From the IMG/VR virus record IMGVR_UViG_3300032334_001923, positions 32,001 through 96,000 of that record: a stretch of DNA of 64,000 nt; one strand, written 5' to 3'. Of the stretch, positions 1 to 9,234 are shown piece after piece. Both the position numbers and the translations under genes were made by a program. Within the stretch, counting starts at the first letter, position 1. Every line of letters begins with the position of its first letter. This stretch comes from a virus. Below the pieces are notes generated by a model. That model saw nothing but the letters and a program-made list of their open reading frames with translations, was not told the origin of the DNA and did not search any database.

Positions 1-2
1 TC

Positions 3-920
3 TATATTTCTTACGCTAAAGGTAATTCAATCTCGAGAATAAGCTACATTGAGAGACTTATTAGACCTTACAATATTCTTAGAATTATAGAATATACCAG
101 GGTTATATGGTCTGTTATGAATGCTTCTTTTAGACTTAAGATGACAGTTCCTATAGGAACTAAATCACAACAGAAAGGGCTTCAAACTCTGGGCGAGCTT
201 ATGAGTATCTACAAGGAGGATGTTCAGTTAAATGATGATACCGGAGAACTTCTTATTGACGGAAGACCTAAAATACAGTTCTATAAGAATTATCTGATGC
301 CTTCTGGCGTTAACGGAACTCCTACTATCGAGCCTTTAAATACCGAAGGACCTAACCTTAATGACAATCAGCCACTAAGTTATTTCTTTGATAAGTTTGT
401 ACTTGAATCTAAAATACCTGCATCTAGATTTCATCAGCCAGACGGAGGAAACACTTCTGCTTATGCTAATGCTGCTGAGGGTTTAGATAAGGAAGAGATT
501 AGGTTTTCTAAATTTATTTCCAGACTTAGATCTATATTCCAGGAAATCATGACCAAACCTCTTTGGGTTCAGATGGTTAAAAAACATCCCGAATTAGAAA
601 AAGACTTTATGTTCAAGAGTCAGTTAGGTCTTGATTATTTTTCTGACAATCCCTTTAAAATAAATCAGGAGATTGACATAATAAATAAAAAGAAAGAGGC
701 TGTTTCTTCGATGGCGGGATTAATGGGAGACGGAGAAAAAACATATTTCTCTGTTCCTTTCTTAATTGAAACATTCCTTGGATTATCTAAACAGGATATC
801 AAGGCGAATAAAGAGGCTATAGAGAGAAGAGAAAAAAAGAAAGAAAAAGAGAGTAAAGAAGGCGAGGGAGGAGAAGAAGGTGGCGAAGAAGGAGAAGGAG
901 GAGAAGCAGTAACATTATAA
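3..920 (+). CDS. Portal protein paralog 1 (T4 gp20-like), 5'-truncated by the window edge
   Basis: The frame is open from position 3 (YISYAKGNSISRISYIERLIRPYNILRI..VIWSVMNASFRLK). It is colinear with the C-terminal half of the 931..2556 protein, including ESKIPASRF, EEIRFSKFISRLRSIF and the acidic Gly-rich tail ending AVTL. Confidence 0.85.
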   Translation, partial: YISYAKGNSISRISYIERLIRPYNILRIIEYTRVIWSVMNASFRLKMTVPIGTKSQQKGLQTLGELMSIYKEDVQLNDDTGELLIDGRPKIQFYKNYLMPSGVNGTPTIEPLNTEGPNLNDNQPLSYFFDKFVLESKIPASRFHQPDGGNTSAYANAAEGLDKEEIRFSKFISRLRSIFQEIMTKPLWVQMVKKHPELEKDFMFKSQLGLDYFSDNPFKINQEIDIINKKKEAVSSMAGLMGDGEKTYFSVPFLIETFLGLSKQDIKANKEAIERREKKKEKESKEGEGGEEGGEEGEGGEAVTL

Positions 921-930
921 AAAAATTGAG

Positions 931-2556
931 ATGGCAGGATTTTTAGACGCATTTAAACCAAATCAGTCCGCACTAGGAAACATAATTCGAAACCTTGGAA
1001 AAATATCCAAGTTTGGAATGGAGTATGATGATATGGTTGTGAGGAACTCTCAAGCTATTGGTAAAACAGAGTCAGCTTTCTTTAATCAGCAAGGAACCGG
1101 ATTCACGGAAAATGACGCTTTTTACTGGACCCTATCATATCAAGACACTAGAGTTAGAAAATACATAGCTTACTTTGATAAAGATTATATCGAAAAAAGA
1201 AATTTTCTTAGAAAATTTTCTCTTAACGGTGAGATAGAGTTTATCATAGATACTATTACCGACGAATCTATTTCTTATGATGATAGAAATTTTTTCGCCA
1301 GACCTTCTTTTATAAATCTTCAGGATCTCAAAGAAAGAACTAAAGATAAAATAGAGGAGAATTTCAATAGACTCTATAATGTGTTTGGCTTCCAGAATTC
1401 TATATCAGCATGGCAGCTATTCAAGCAATTCTTAGTTGATGGATTTTTAGCATTTGAAATAATCTATGACAATAAAGGCAAGGAAATAATCGGTTTTAAA
1501 GAACTGGATGCAACCTCACTTCAGCCTGCTGTTGAGAAAGTTGGTGAAAATGAATATAAACAGTTTTGGATTCAATATCCAAAAAATCCTCAAATGACTA
1601 GAAAGCTTACCAATGAGCAAGTCATTTATATCTCATATGCTAAGGGTAATTCTGTATCAAGAGTAAGCTATCTGGAGAGATTGGTTAGATCTTATAACAT
1701 TTTAAGAATAATGGAAAACTCAAGAGTTATCTGGAATGTTATGAATGCCTCCTATAGGTTAAAGTTTATAATCCCGACGGGAACCCAATCCCCACAGAAA
1801 GCAATGCAGACTTTGGGCCAGCTTATGTCTCATTATAAAGAGGAAATATCTCTTAATGACACATCGGGGGAATTAACGGTAAACGGTAAGCCTAAGGTTC
1901 AATTTTATAAGAATTATTTATTTCCTGAACAAAATGGACAATCCCCTCAGGTTGAGTCTTTAAATCCAAGTGGTCCGGATTTTAACGTAATGGAGAACGT
2001 TTTATACTTCTTCAATAAACTTAAAATGGACTCTAAAATACCTTATGCTCGATTTGCATCAAGAGGAGCTACTCCTATAAATTATCAGATAAGTATAGAT
2101 GCTCTGGAAAGAGATGAAATTAGATTTGAGAAATTTTTAAGAAGGCTTAGATCTGTTTTCCAGGAGATATTGGTTAAACCTCTATACATTCAGATGTGTT
2201 TAGATTACCCTGAACTTGCTAAAGATAGAAGCTTTAAAGTTAATCTTGGTCTTCAATTCTACAAGGATAGTCAATTCGAAGAAATCGTTGAACTTTCAAA
2301 TTACAAAAAAAGAACTGAGTTTATAGCAGGACTTTTAGAATTAAAAATGAAAGTTGGCGAAGAGGAAAAAACATACTTCGATAATGATTTCTTGATTCAA
2401 AGGTTCTTAGGATTAACCCCTGATCAGTTTAAGCTGAATGAGGAGTATAAAAAAAGAGAAGAGAAAGAAGCAGAAAAAGCATCTAAGGAAGAAGGTGGAG
2501 GAGAAGGTGAAGAGGGAGGCGAAGGTGAAGGAGGCGCAGAGGCAGTAACTTTATAA
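931..2556 (+). CDS. Portal protein paralog 2 (T4 gp20-like)
   Basis: gp20-like segments EIEFIIDTITDESI, FKQFLVDG, SYLERLVRSYNILRIMENSRVIW, DEIRFEKFLRRLRSVF. Length of 541 aa is typical of the family. Confidence 0.88.
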   Translation: MAGFLDAFKPNQSALGNIIRNLGKISKFGMEYDDMVVRNSQAIGKTESAFFNQQGTGFTENDAFYWTLSYQDTRVRKYIAYFDKDYIEKRNFLRKFSLNGEIEFIIDTITDESISYDDRNFFARPSFINLQDLKERTKDKIEENFNRLYNVFGFQNSISAWQLFKQFLVDGFLAFEIIYDNKGKEIIGFKELDATSLQPAVEKVGENEYKQFWIQYPKNPQMTRKLTNEQVIYISYAKGNSVSRVSYLERLVRSYNILRIMENSRVIWNVMNASYRLKFIIPTGTQSPQKAMQTLGQLMSHYKEEISLNDTSGELTVNGKPKVQFYKNYLFPEQNGQSPQVESLNPSGPDFNVMENVLYFFNKLKMDSKIPYARFASRGATPINYQISIDALERDEIRFEKFLRRLRSVFQEILVKPLYIQMCLDYPELAKDRSFKVNLGLQFYKDSQFEEIVELSNYKKRTEFIAGLLELKMKVGEEEKTYFDNDFLIQRFLGLTPDQFKLNEEYKKREEKEAEKASKEEGGGEGEEGGEGEGGAEAVTL

Positions 2557-2573
2557 CTCTAAATTAAAAAAGT

Positions 2574-3626
2574 TTGGATCCCTTTATTTTTTACAAAGAA
2601 TTTAAAAAAACAAGATCACGTAAAATAGAATCTCTATCTGATCTTAATATACTCGTAGTAGGAGACGTTATGCTAGATCATTATATCTACGGATCAGCAA
2701 CAAGAATTTCTCCAGAAGCACCAGTTCCCGTAGTTTTAAAAAAAGAAGAAAAGTTTTTTCTGGGTGGAGCGGGTAATGTTTTTTCCAATATAATATCACT
2801 GGGAGGCAAATCTGAGATCCTAACTGTTCTTGGGAATGATGAAGGGTCTCAAAAGATCTTATCTATACTAAAAGACCTAACTTGTAAAAACCAGTCTCTT
2901 ATTTTCTATTCTGACGACAGGAAAACAACAGTAAAGTCAAGAGTAATGTCAGGAGGACACCAGATGTTAAGAATAGATGATGAAACGACTAACCCCATAG
3001 ATGTCCAATTGGAGGATTTGATATTAACTGAATTCTCTTTATGTTGCGGAAATTACTCGGGAGTGATACTTCAGGATTATAATAAGGGTGTTCTAACCCC
3101 TAGAGTTATAGAAGGAATAATAGAAAAATGTAAGGAGAAAAAAATTCCAGTTATAGTAGATCCTAAAAAGAATAACATACAATCTTACAGAGGATCCACC
3201 ATTTTTAAACCTAATTTTTCGGAGTTTTGCAATATAGTTGGAAAAGAAATAGACCCTAACGATCAAAGCTCTATTTCTAAATATTCCTCACTTCTAAGAA
3301 AAGAAATGGATGTAGAAAATCTGGTTATAACAATGTCAGATCTTGGTATTTATTTTTCCAGCTCATTTTGCGATTCTTTTAGTCCAGCATACGAAGTTAA
3401 GGTATCAGATGTGTCCGGAGCAGGAGACACTGTTTTGGCTATGCTGTCCCTTTGTTATCTAGCAGGGACAGATCCTAAAAATATGCTATCCCTATGTAAT
3501 CTTGCGGGGTCCATAGCATGTAGTAAAGTCGGTGCAGTATCTGTCAAGTTATCAGAAATAGAAAATCACCCCGAGATGAAAAAGAAGATAAGTGAAGAAA
3601 GAATTTTTATTTTTGATAATAATTAA
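2574..3626 (+). CDS. rfaE: Heptose-7-phosphate kinase (RfaE/HldE kinase domain only, PfkB family)
   Basis: ILVVGDVMLDHY..G.ATRISPEAPVPV, GGAGNV, QDYNKGVL, VIVDPK, FKPN, DVSGAGDTV (PfkB anion hole). No adenylyltransferase domain. TTG start. Confidence 0.88.
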   Translation: MDPFIFYKEFKKTRSRKIESLSDLNILVVGDVMLDHYIYGSATRISPEAPVPVVLKKEEKFFLGGAGNVFSNIISLGGKSEILTVLGNDEGSQKILSILKDLTCKNQSLIFYSDDRKTTVKSRVMSGGHQMLRIDDETTNPIDVQLEDLILTEFSLCCGNYSGVILQDYNKGVLTPRVIEGIIEKCKEKKIPVIVDPKKNNIQSYRGSTIFKPNFSEFCNIVGKEIDPNDQSSISKYSSLLRKEMDVENLVITMSDLGIYFSSSFCDSFSPAYEVKVSDVSGAGDTVLAMLSLCYLAGTDPKNMLSLCNLAGSIACSKVGAVSVKLSEIENHPEMKKKISEERIFIFDNN

Positions 3627-3651
3627 TTTTTTTTCATCCGAGATTATTTCT

Positions 3652-3659
3652 TACATTTG
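3652..3659 (+). promoter_or_regulatory. Bacteroidota-type -7 promoter element (TAnnTTTG) upstream of DNA ligase
   Basis: TACATTTG lies 18 nt before the ATG at 3678, with a T-run 17 nt further upstream. The same architecture occurs at 10162 and 23167. Confidence 0.7.
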
Positions 3660-3677
3660 CTTTAAATAAAAAAACAA

Positions 3678-5009
3678 ATGATTCAGGAAATAAGAGTATT
3701 AAGAAAAATCGAATCCCTTACAGGCGAAGGATCTCAAAAATCAAAGCAGAATTTAATTAATGAGTCTTTAACCCCAGAGATGGAGTATATCTTAGATGTC
3801 TGTTTTAATCCCTTTGTCACAACTAAACTCCATAAAATATCCTTTCGGGAAACCCCAAAGGAAGGTAATCCTAATCTCTTCAATGATTTTAAAACATTGA
3901 TAGAGGATCTTAAAAAAGCTCCAGCAGCAAACGATCTTTTAAGAGAAAGAGCTCAGACAATTATATCCTATCGTTTATCTGAGGATGATCAAGAGGATAC
4001 AGATCTTAGAAAAAATCTAATGAAGGTTTTGACCAAAAGAATGAATATAGGCATCGGTGCTAAACTTATAAACAAAGCAGTTGGAAAAGAGCTTATCCCT
4101 GATCCATCACTTATGTTGGCAACTGATGATCACCAAACAATAGAGGCTTGGAATAAGATTTACTGTGAAGAAAAATATGACGGGGTCAGAGTAATTGCCC
4201 TTTATAAAAACGGAGAGTTTTCATATTTTACTAGAGCCTTTAATGAGCTTGATTCTTCATGTTTTCCTAAGATTACTTTTGATCTAAAAACATGTATGAT
4301 AAACTCAGGACTAAAGGGTGACTGGTTTTTTGATGGTGAATTAACAGATCTTAATAGAAAATCTGTTAGTGGAAAGGTTACTCAAATACTTAAAGGAACT
4401 GTTGATGAGAAAATAGAGACTGGCATGCTATTTAATGTATTCGACTTTGAAGAAGCAGTAACTTTAGAAAAAGGAAGTGGAGTAATAGAATATAGAACAC
4501 GCAGAAGCACATTAGAAAATGTACTTAAACATCTTGATGAAAATTCCCCTGTTAAATTGGCTCAGATGTGGGAATTGGAAGATTCCACTGCAGTTAGTCT
4601 TGTTTACAAGGAAATAGTAAAAATAGGAGGCGAGGGCGTTATATGTAAAAATGACTCAGTTTATGAATGCAAAAGATCTAAGTCTTGGGTTAAATTCAAA
4701 GAAGTTAACGAGTGCGATCTTGAAGTAACTGGTTGGTATCCAGGAGAGGGCAAAAGAGAAGGAATGATAGGAGGATTTATGATGACAGACTCTTCTAAAA
4801 CTATGACGGTTAGGGTTGGTGCAGGATTCAGCGATTTGGATCTACAGACCCTTAGCAAAGATCCAGATTCTCATATAGGTAAAATTGCTGCTGTTCAATA
4901 CAACGTGACTATCACGGATAAGCACGGGAATAGATCTTTATTTTTACCTCGCTTTGTAGATATAAGAAATGATAAAACTCAAGCAGACGATCTTTCCTCT
5001 CTTTTTTAG
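3678..5009 (+). CDS. ATP-dependent DNA ligase
   Basis: Motif I EEKYDGVR, FFDGEL, FNVFD, GEGVICK, RSKSWVKFK, OB-fold V.VGAGFSD and LFLPRFVDIRNDK. Confidence 0.95.
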   Translation: MIQEIRVLRKIESLTGEGSQKSKQNLINESLTPEMEYILDVCFNPFVTTKLHKISFRETPKEGNPNLFNDFKTLIEDLKKAPAANDLLRERAQTIISYRLSEDDQEDTDLRKNLMKVLTKRMNIGIGAKLINKAVGKELIPDPSLMLATDDHQTIEAWNKIYCEEKYDGVRVIALYKNGEFSYFTRAFNELDSSCFPKITFDLKTCMINSGLKGDWFFDGELTDLNRKSVSGKVTQILKGTVDEKIETGMLFNVFDFEEAVTLEKGSGVIEYRTRRSTLENVLKHLDENSPVKLAQMWELEDSTAVSLVYKEIVKIGGEGVICKNDSVYECKRSKSWVKFKEVNECDLEVTGWYPGEGKREGMIGGFMMTDSSKTMTVRVGAGFSDLDLQTLSKDPDSHIGKIAAVQYNVTITDKHGNRSLFLPRFVDIRNDKTQADDLSSLF

Positions 5010-5036
5010 AAACAACCAATAAAATAATCTCTAGAA
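5009..5036 (+). promoter_or_regulatory. Putative ECF/phage-sigma-type promoter GAAAC-N17-CTAGAA
   Basis: Ends 6 nt before the ATG at 5043. Identical 17-nt spacing at 9187, 28467 and 39245. Confidence 0.6.
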
Positions 5037-5042
5037 ATTAAT

Positions 5043-5987
5043 ATGATACAAGAACTTTTAACCGAAAAACTCAGACCTAAAGAGCTGAGACATATGATAC
5101 TCCCGTCGAGGATATCTAATCTTTTTAGTCAAGGATTAGGACACAATGTTCTTCTAAGCGGACCTCCAGGATGCGGAAAAACAACCCTTGCTAAAATCCT
5201 TGCTGCACCCTTCCCTAGTATATTTATAAACGTTTCTGACGAAAGCTCTGTTGAAACAATCAGGGTTAAGATTAACGATTTCTGTTCCACCATATCTGTT
5301 TTGGATAATAAATCGTCTAAGAAAATAGTTATTTTAGACGAGTTTGACGGGGCTTCGGATCAATTCTATAAAGCACTAAGAGGTACGATAGAAAAGTTCG
5401 CAGGCAACACTAGATTCATTGCTACGTGCAATTATATCAACAAGGTTCCTGATGCAATCCAGAGCAGATTTGAGTTAGTTGATTTTAATCCAGTTAGCTC
5501 GGAAGAGGAAGATTTACTAAAGGACGAATGGAACAGGAGGATAAAACTAATATTAGGAAAACTCAGTATTCAAATAGATGATGATTCCCTTAATGAATTC
5601 CAGAAATCCTACTACCCAGATTTTAGATCAGCTTTAAATAAAGTTCAAAGCTGGATGCTTGAAGGGGTTAAGGAAGTCGATAGCAACAAGATTAAAGAAT
5701 TAGGCTGGTCGTACGAGAACTTATATAATTTGATTATCACATCTAAAGACCCTGTTAAAAACTACGAAGAGATCGTCGGTGAATATCAAGGTAAGGTTGA
5801 TGAGGTTATGTCAGCTTTAGGTGATGAGTTTATAAAATGGATCATTAAAAACAAGCCAGCACTTAAAAAGATAATTCCTGGAGTTATTGTTTTAGTGGCA
5901 GATCACCAATCACAGAGAACACAAGTAATAGATCCTATGGTCTCCCTACTTTCTCTAATATTTCAGATACAAAAACTTGTTGACTAA
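5043..5987 (+). CDS. Sliding clamp loader AAA+ subunit (T4 gp44 / RFC small subunit-like)
   Basis: LTEKLRPK, Walker A GPPGCGKTT, INVSDE, Walker B ILDEFDG, FIATCNY, IQSRF, YPDFRS. Confidence 0.92.
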   Translation: MIQELLTEKLRPKELRHMILPSRISNLFSQGLGHNVLLSGPPGCGKTTLAKILAAPFPSIFINVSDESSVETIRVKINDFCSTISVLDNKSSKKIVILDEFDGASDQFYKALRGTIEKFAGNTRFIATCNYINKVPDAIQSRFELVDFNPVSSEEEDLLKDEWNRRIKLILGKLSIQIDDDSLNEFQKSYYPDFRSALNKVQSWMLEGVKEVDSNKIKELGWSYENLYNLIITSKDPVKNYEEIVGEYQGKVDEVMSALGDEFIKWIIKNKPALKKIIPGVIVLVADHQSQRTQVIDPMVSLLSLIFQIQKLVD

Positions 5988-5989
5988 GA

Positions 5990-6535
5990 ATGAGCAAATA
6001 TAAAAGAATAATAGTAGCAGGAAAGGGTGGATCAGGAAAAGATTATTTAGTTAAATTACTAAAGGATCGGGGATTTATTTATTCGGTTTCCCACACTTCC
6101 CGGCCGCCCAGAGAGGGCGAGATCGATGGATCTGATTATTATTTCGTTTCTTATGAAGAAGCAAATGAGATGTCTCTAAACGGTAAGTTTTATGAGTGTG
6201 TTATTTTTAACGATTGGTTTTATGGGACTTCTTTAGACGAGTTCTACAGAGCTAATCTTTTTATTATGACACCTTCGGGAATAGGGAAATTAAAACCCGA
6301 AGACAGGGAGCAGTCGCTTGTTGTTTATATAGATATAGATAGGGAAACAAGAAGATCTAGATTGAGCAATAGAAGAGACGCAGATAATGCTGAAAGAAGA
6401 ATAAAAGCAGATGATATAGATTTTTCAGATTTCTGTGATTATGATATAAGAATAGAAGATCCTAACTTCAGTATAGATGAGGTTTTGGAAAAAATAAAAA
6501 ACATCTCACCCAAGATTATCTATAATGAAATATAA
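5990..6535 (+). CDS. gmk: Guanylate kinase
   Basis: GKGGSGKD P-loop variant, SVSHTSRPPREGEIDGSDYYFVS, WFYGT. Confidence 0.88.
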   Translation: MSKYKRIIVAGKGGSGKDYLVKLLKDRGFIYSVSHTSRPPREGEIDGSDYYFVSYEEANEMSLNGKFYECVIFNDWFYGTSLDEFYRANLFIMTPSGIGKLKPEDREQSLVVYIDIDRETRRSRLSNRRDADNAERRIKADDIDFSDFCDYDIRIEDPNFSIDEVLEKIKNISPKIIYNEI

Positions 6536-7700
6536 AATTACCATAAAAGATAAAAAATTTATGATAAACGTGTGCATAGATGGAAACTATATTTTCCATA
6601 AAACTTTTGGAATATTTGCAGGCTACGGAACGGTTGATCCCGGGAAAGTCTTAAAAGACAAAGGAGATCAAGCAATGTTCATAAGAAAGATCTCAACGGA
6701 TCTATGTTCTGCTTTAAAGATGCTTCCTTCCGGTGGAAGATTGGTTTTCACCTCCGATAGCAGAAGTTGGAGAAAGGATGTGGAGATCGAAAATGGAGGA
6801 TATAAATCAGGAAGAGTCAAGGATGAAAATGTGGATTGGTCTATATTCTTTGAACTCTTACAATCATTTGGAAAACATCTTGAAAAAATGGGATTTATTT
6901 TTTCTAAAGTTGATGGTGCTGAAGGCGACGATCTTTTGCTTTTTTGGTCTAGAAAATTCAATCAAAGCGGAGAGAGTTGCATAATCATCTCTGGCGACAG
7001 AGATCTTCATCAATTAGCGAGAATAGACAACGGAGTATGGACCGCAGTTTGGAGCAGCAATTCAAAGAAGAACGTTTTAACTGTTCCTGAGAATTGGTCA
7101 GCTGATTGGTTAAATGAAAATAAGGATATTAGCGTGTTTAATATGGGATTTACCATATCCCCGGAAAAAGAAAAGTTAAAAGAGTTTATAAAAAAAGTAG
7201 AGGTCAATAATATAAACAGCAAACCTTTTTTGTTTAACAAGATACTTGTAGGAGATAAGGGAGATTCAGTTCCAAGCGTTTGGGAATATGAAAGTGGCGG
7301 AAAGATCGTTAGATTCACCGACAAGAAGGCAGAAACTGTATATGAGTATTTTATGGAATCCCGATGGAAGGATGTGAATACTGAAGACCTTTTAAAGGAT
7401 GAAGAGTTCCTATCTTGGATAAGTGCGCTAATCATGAAGACCTCTAAAGATGTGGATAGCACAGAAAACAGAATAAAAGCTAAAGATAATTTTCTTAGAA
7501 ATTTTAAATTAATGTGGCTTGATCCTGAGGTGATCCCAAGTTTTGTTTCTGATAATTGTTATTTAGAAACCGAAAGAGGAATTAAATTGGAAAAAAAAGC
7601 TATAACACTGGATAGAATAAAAATATTGGATGGTACTGAGTGGGTAGCAACAGGATATCAACCTAAAGAATTTGATCCTTTTAAAAATCTTTTAGACTAG
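6525..7700 (+). CDS. 5'-3' exonuclease / RNase H (T4 rnh, flap endonuclease family)
   Basis: IDGNY, DSRSWRK..GYKSGR, EGDDLL, ISGDRDLHQL, ILVGDKGDSVP. The true start may be the ATG at 6561. Confidence 0.85.
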   Translation: MKYKITIKDKKFMINVCIDGNYIFHKTFGIFAGYGTVDPGKVLKDKGDQAMFIRKISTDLCSALKMLPSGGRLVFTSDSRSWRKDVEIENGGYKSGRVKDENVDWSIFFELLQSFGKHLEKMGFIFSKVDGAEGDDLLLFWSRKFNQSGESCIIISGDRDLHQLARIDNGVWTAVWSSNSKKNVLTVPENWSADWLNENKDISVFNMGFTISPEKEKLKEFIKKVEVNNINSKPFLFNKILVGDKGDSVPSVWEYESGGKIVRFTDKKAETVYEYFMESRWKDVNTEDLLKDEEFLSWISALIMKTSKDVDSTENRIKAKDNFLRNFKLMWLDPEVIPSFVSDNCYLETERGIKLEKKAITLDRIKILDGTEWVATGYQPKEFDPFKNLLD

Positions 7701-7701
7701 A

Positions 7702-8121
7702 ATGCAACTTTTCGATATAGTAAAATCAATATTTTCAAAAAAACCAAAAGATTGGGATGCTGTTGGTGCAATAGATAAATCTAGGAATTTCTTTATGATT
7801 AACAGAATCATGAGTATACAATTCCCAATACAAGCTAATCAATTTAACAGATTAAAGGTTATTCCTGCCCCTGTAGTTGACTGGTGGCACGATACCCTTT
7901 CAATAAAGTTTACCAAATCGCCCACGTGGATTTACACTAAGACCAAGAAAAAAGAATCAGAAAAATCAGAATGTATTAAAATTTCTGAGGGTGTAGAGGA
8001 TTTTATTAGAGATAGATATAGGGTATCCAAGAGAGATCTAGAAGACCTTAAAAAATTCTATCCTTCAAAATATGCCTCTTGGGTCAAGGATGTATCGGAA
8101 CAATTAGGACTTCAAAAGTAG
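7702..8121 (+). CDS. Possible clamp loader small subunit (T4 gp62-like)
   Basis: Size, LFDIVKSI, FMINRIMS and proximity to the gp44-like gene recall gp62 homologs. The similarity is weak and recalled from memory. Confidence 0.4.
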   Translation: MQLFDIVKSIFSKKPKDWDAVGAIDKSRNFFMINRIMSIQFPIQANQFNRLKVIPAPVVDWWHDTLSIKFTKSPTWIYTKTKKKESEKSECIKISEGVEDFIRDRYRVSKRDLEDLKKFYPSKYASWVKDVSEQLGLQK

Positions 8122-8135
8122 GAATATATAGAACA

Positions 8136-8693
8136 ATGGAAAAGAAAAATCACAAACTAATAGATAAGGTTATTTCCGGCCTTGACTGGGACTCCATATT
8201 AGAAGTAAATAAATGCTTTAAAATAGGAGTTGGAGAAGGGACTAATGCAATCCCGGGGTTAAAAAGGAAGATCTTTAGCGATGATCTAACCAAATCAGAT
8301 CTAAAGGCTGAGCTTAAAGCTCTTTTAAAGCATGTTTTAGACAATAATTTACCTGAACTATACTATGGTCCTTGGATGATCTATTGGATGGATGCAGAGT
8401 GGGTCTTTGAGGCTCAAGATCAGGATGGCGAAGATGATGACGATCAGGACGGTATGGAAATAAACATCACTTTAGAGATAGATTCTAACCTTGAGGTTAT
8501 CTACTCACCTCAAAGAATATTAGTGTTAGATCCCGTTGAAAAGGAGGGAATTAGAGCTGAAAAAACTGGATCTGAAGTGGATCAGCTTGAGGCTATGTTA
8601 AAAAAAGCCTTAGAATCTGAAAAATATGAGCTGGCTTCTAAAATAAAAGATCTCATAGGACTACAAAAAGGGGACTCCTCTGAAGATAAATAG
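8136..8693 (+). CDS. Hypothetical protein with C-terminal UVR (UvrB/UvrC) coiled-coil motif
   Basis: LEAMLKKALESEKYELASKIKDLI matches the UVR pattern. ATG 8136 is preferred over 8079 because it avoids overlap and has AATATATA at 8123-8130. Confidence 0.65.
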   Translation: MEKKNHKLIDKVISGLDWDSILEVNKCFKIGVGEGTNAIPGLKRKIFSDDLTKSDLKAELKALLKHVLDNNLPELYYGPWMIYWMDAEWVFEAQDQDGEDDDDQDGMEINITLEIDSNLEVIYSPQRILVLDPVEKEGIRAEKTGSEVDQLEAMLKKALESEKYELASKIKDLIGLQKGDSSEDK

Positions 8694-8697
8694 TCTA

Positions 8698-9180
8698 ATG
8701 AAATACATTAAAACCCTAAACGAGTACTTTGACACCGGTGTTTTCGGTGATACCTACGGATACGGCGGAGCTAGTGGTGTTCTTAAAATAAACTATAAGC
8801 CATTCTCCGATCTATCAGTTTCTGTAGGCCAAGACCCAGACGTGGATACAACTGTCAAAGGGTCTGAATACCAGTTAGGTGACGTTGTTATAGCGGAAGC
8901 CCTAAATTCTAAAAAGAAAGTTATAGGCGTAATTGTTAGAGCTTTCAGAAATCCAGATAACAAGCAATACAGATACTTCATACAAGTTTACAATAAAGGA
9001 AAGCAAACCGAAAGAGTCATAGAGGTTAAATCTGATTCCATAAAATTCACCGACGGAGGAGATCATGGAAACATGGAAACCAAATCTCAAGTTAAATTCA
9101 ACGAGGTACCTCAGAAAGGATTCAATTCACCTACGGTTTACAACTCCAGCGATTTAGGTCTAGAAACGGTAGGCGGATAA
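8698..9180 (+). CDS. Hypothetical protein with CTS-like leader (MKYIKTLNEYF)
   Basis: ORF tiles between its neighbours and shares a leader pattern with other ORFs in the window. Confidence 0.7.
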   Translation: MKYIKTLNEYFDTGVFGDTYGYGGASGVLKINYKPFSDLSVSVGQDPDVDTTVKGSEYQLGDVVIAEALNSKKKVIGVIVRAFRNPDNKQYRYFIQVYNKGKQTERVIEVKSDSIKFTDGGDHGNMETKSQVKFNEVPQKGFNSPTVYNSSDLGLETVGG

Positions 9181-9186
9181 TCATCC

Positions 9187-9214
9187 GGAACCAATCCCCT
9201 TTTCGATAGTAGAA
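9187..9214 (+). promoter_or_regulatory. Putative ECF/phage-sigma-type promoter GGAAC-N17-GTAGAA
   Basis: Intergenic, 20 nt before the ATG at 9235. Same spacing as three other sites. Confidence 0.6.
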
Positions 9215-9234
9215 TATTGAAAGGATAAGTATAG

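Noticed and set aside
3-2556. Portal duplication as an assembly artefact
   Set aside because: The two copies differ extensively in nucleotide and amino-acid sequence over the aligned region.
3612-3615. TTTG as the cognate -33 element of the ligase promoter
   Set aside because: It lies about 36 nt from the -7 element, well beyond the usual spacing, so only the -7 element is called.
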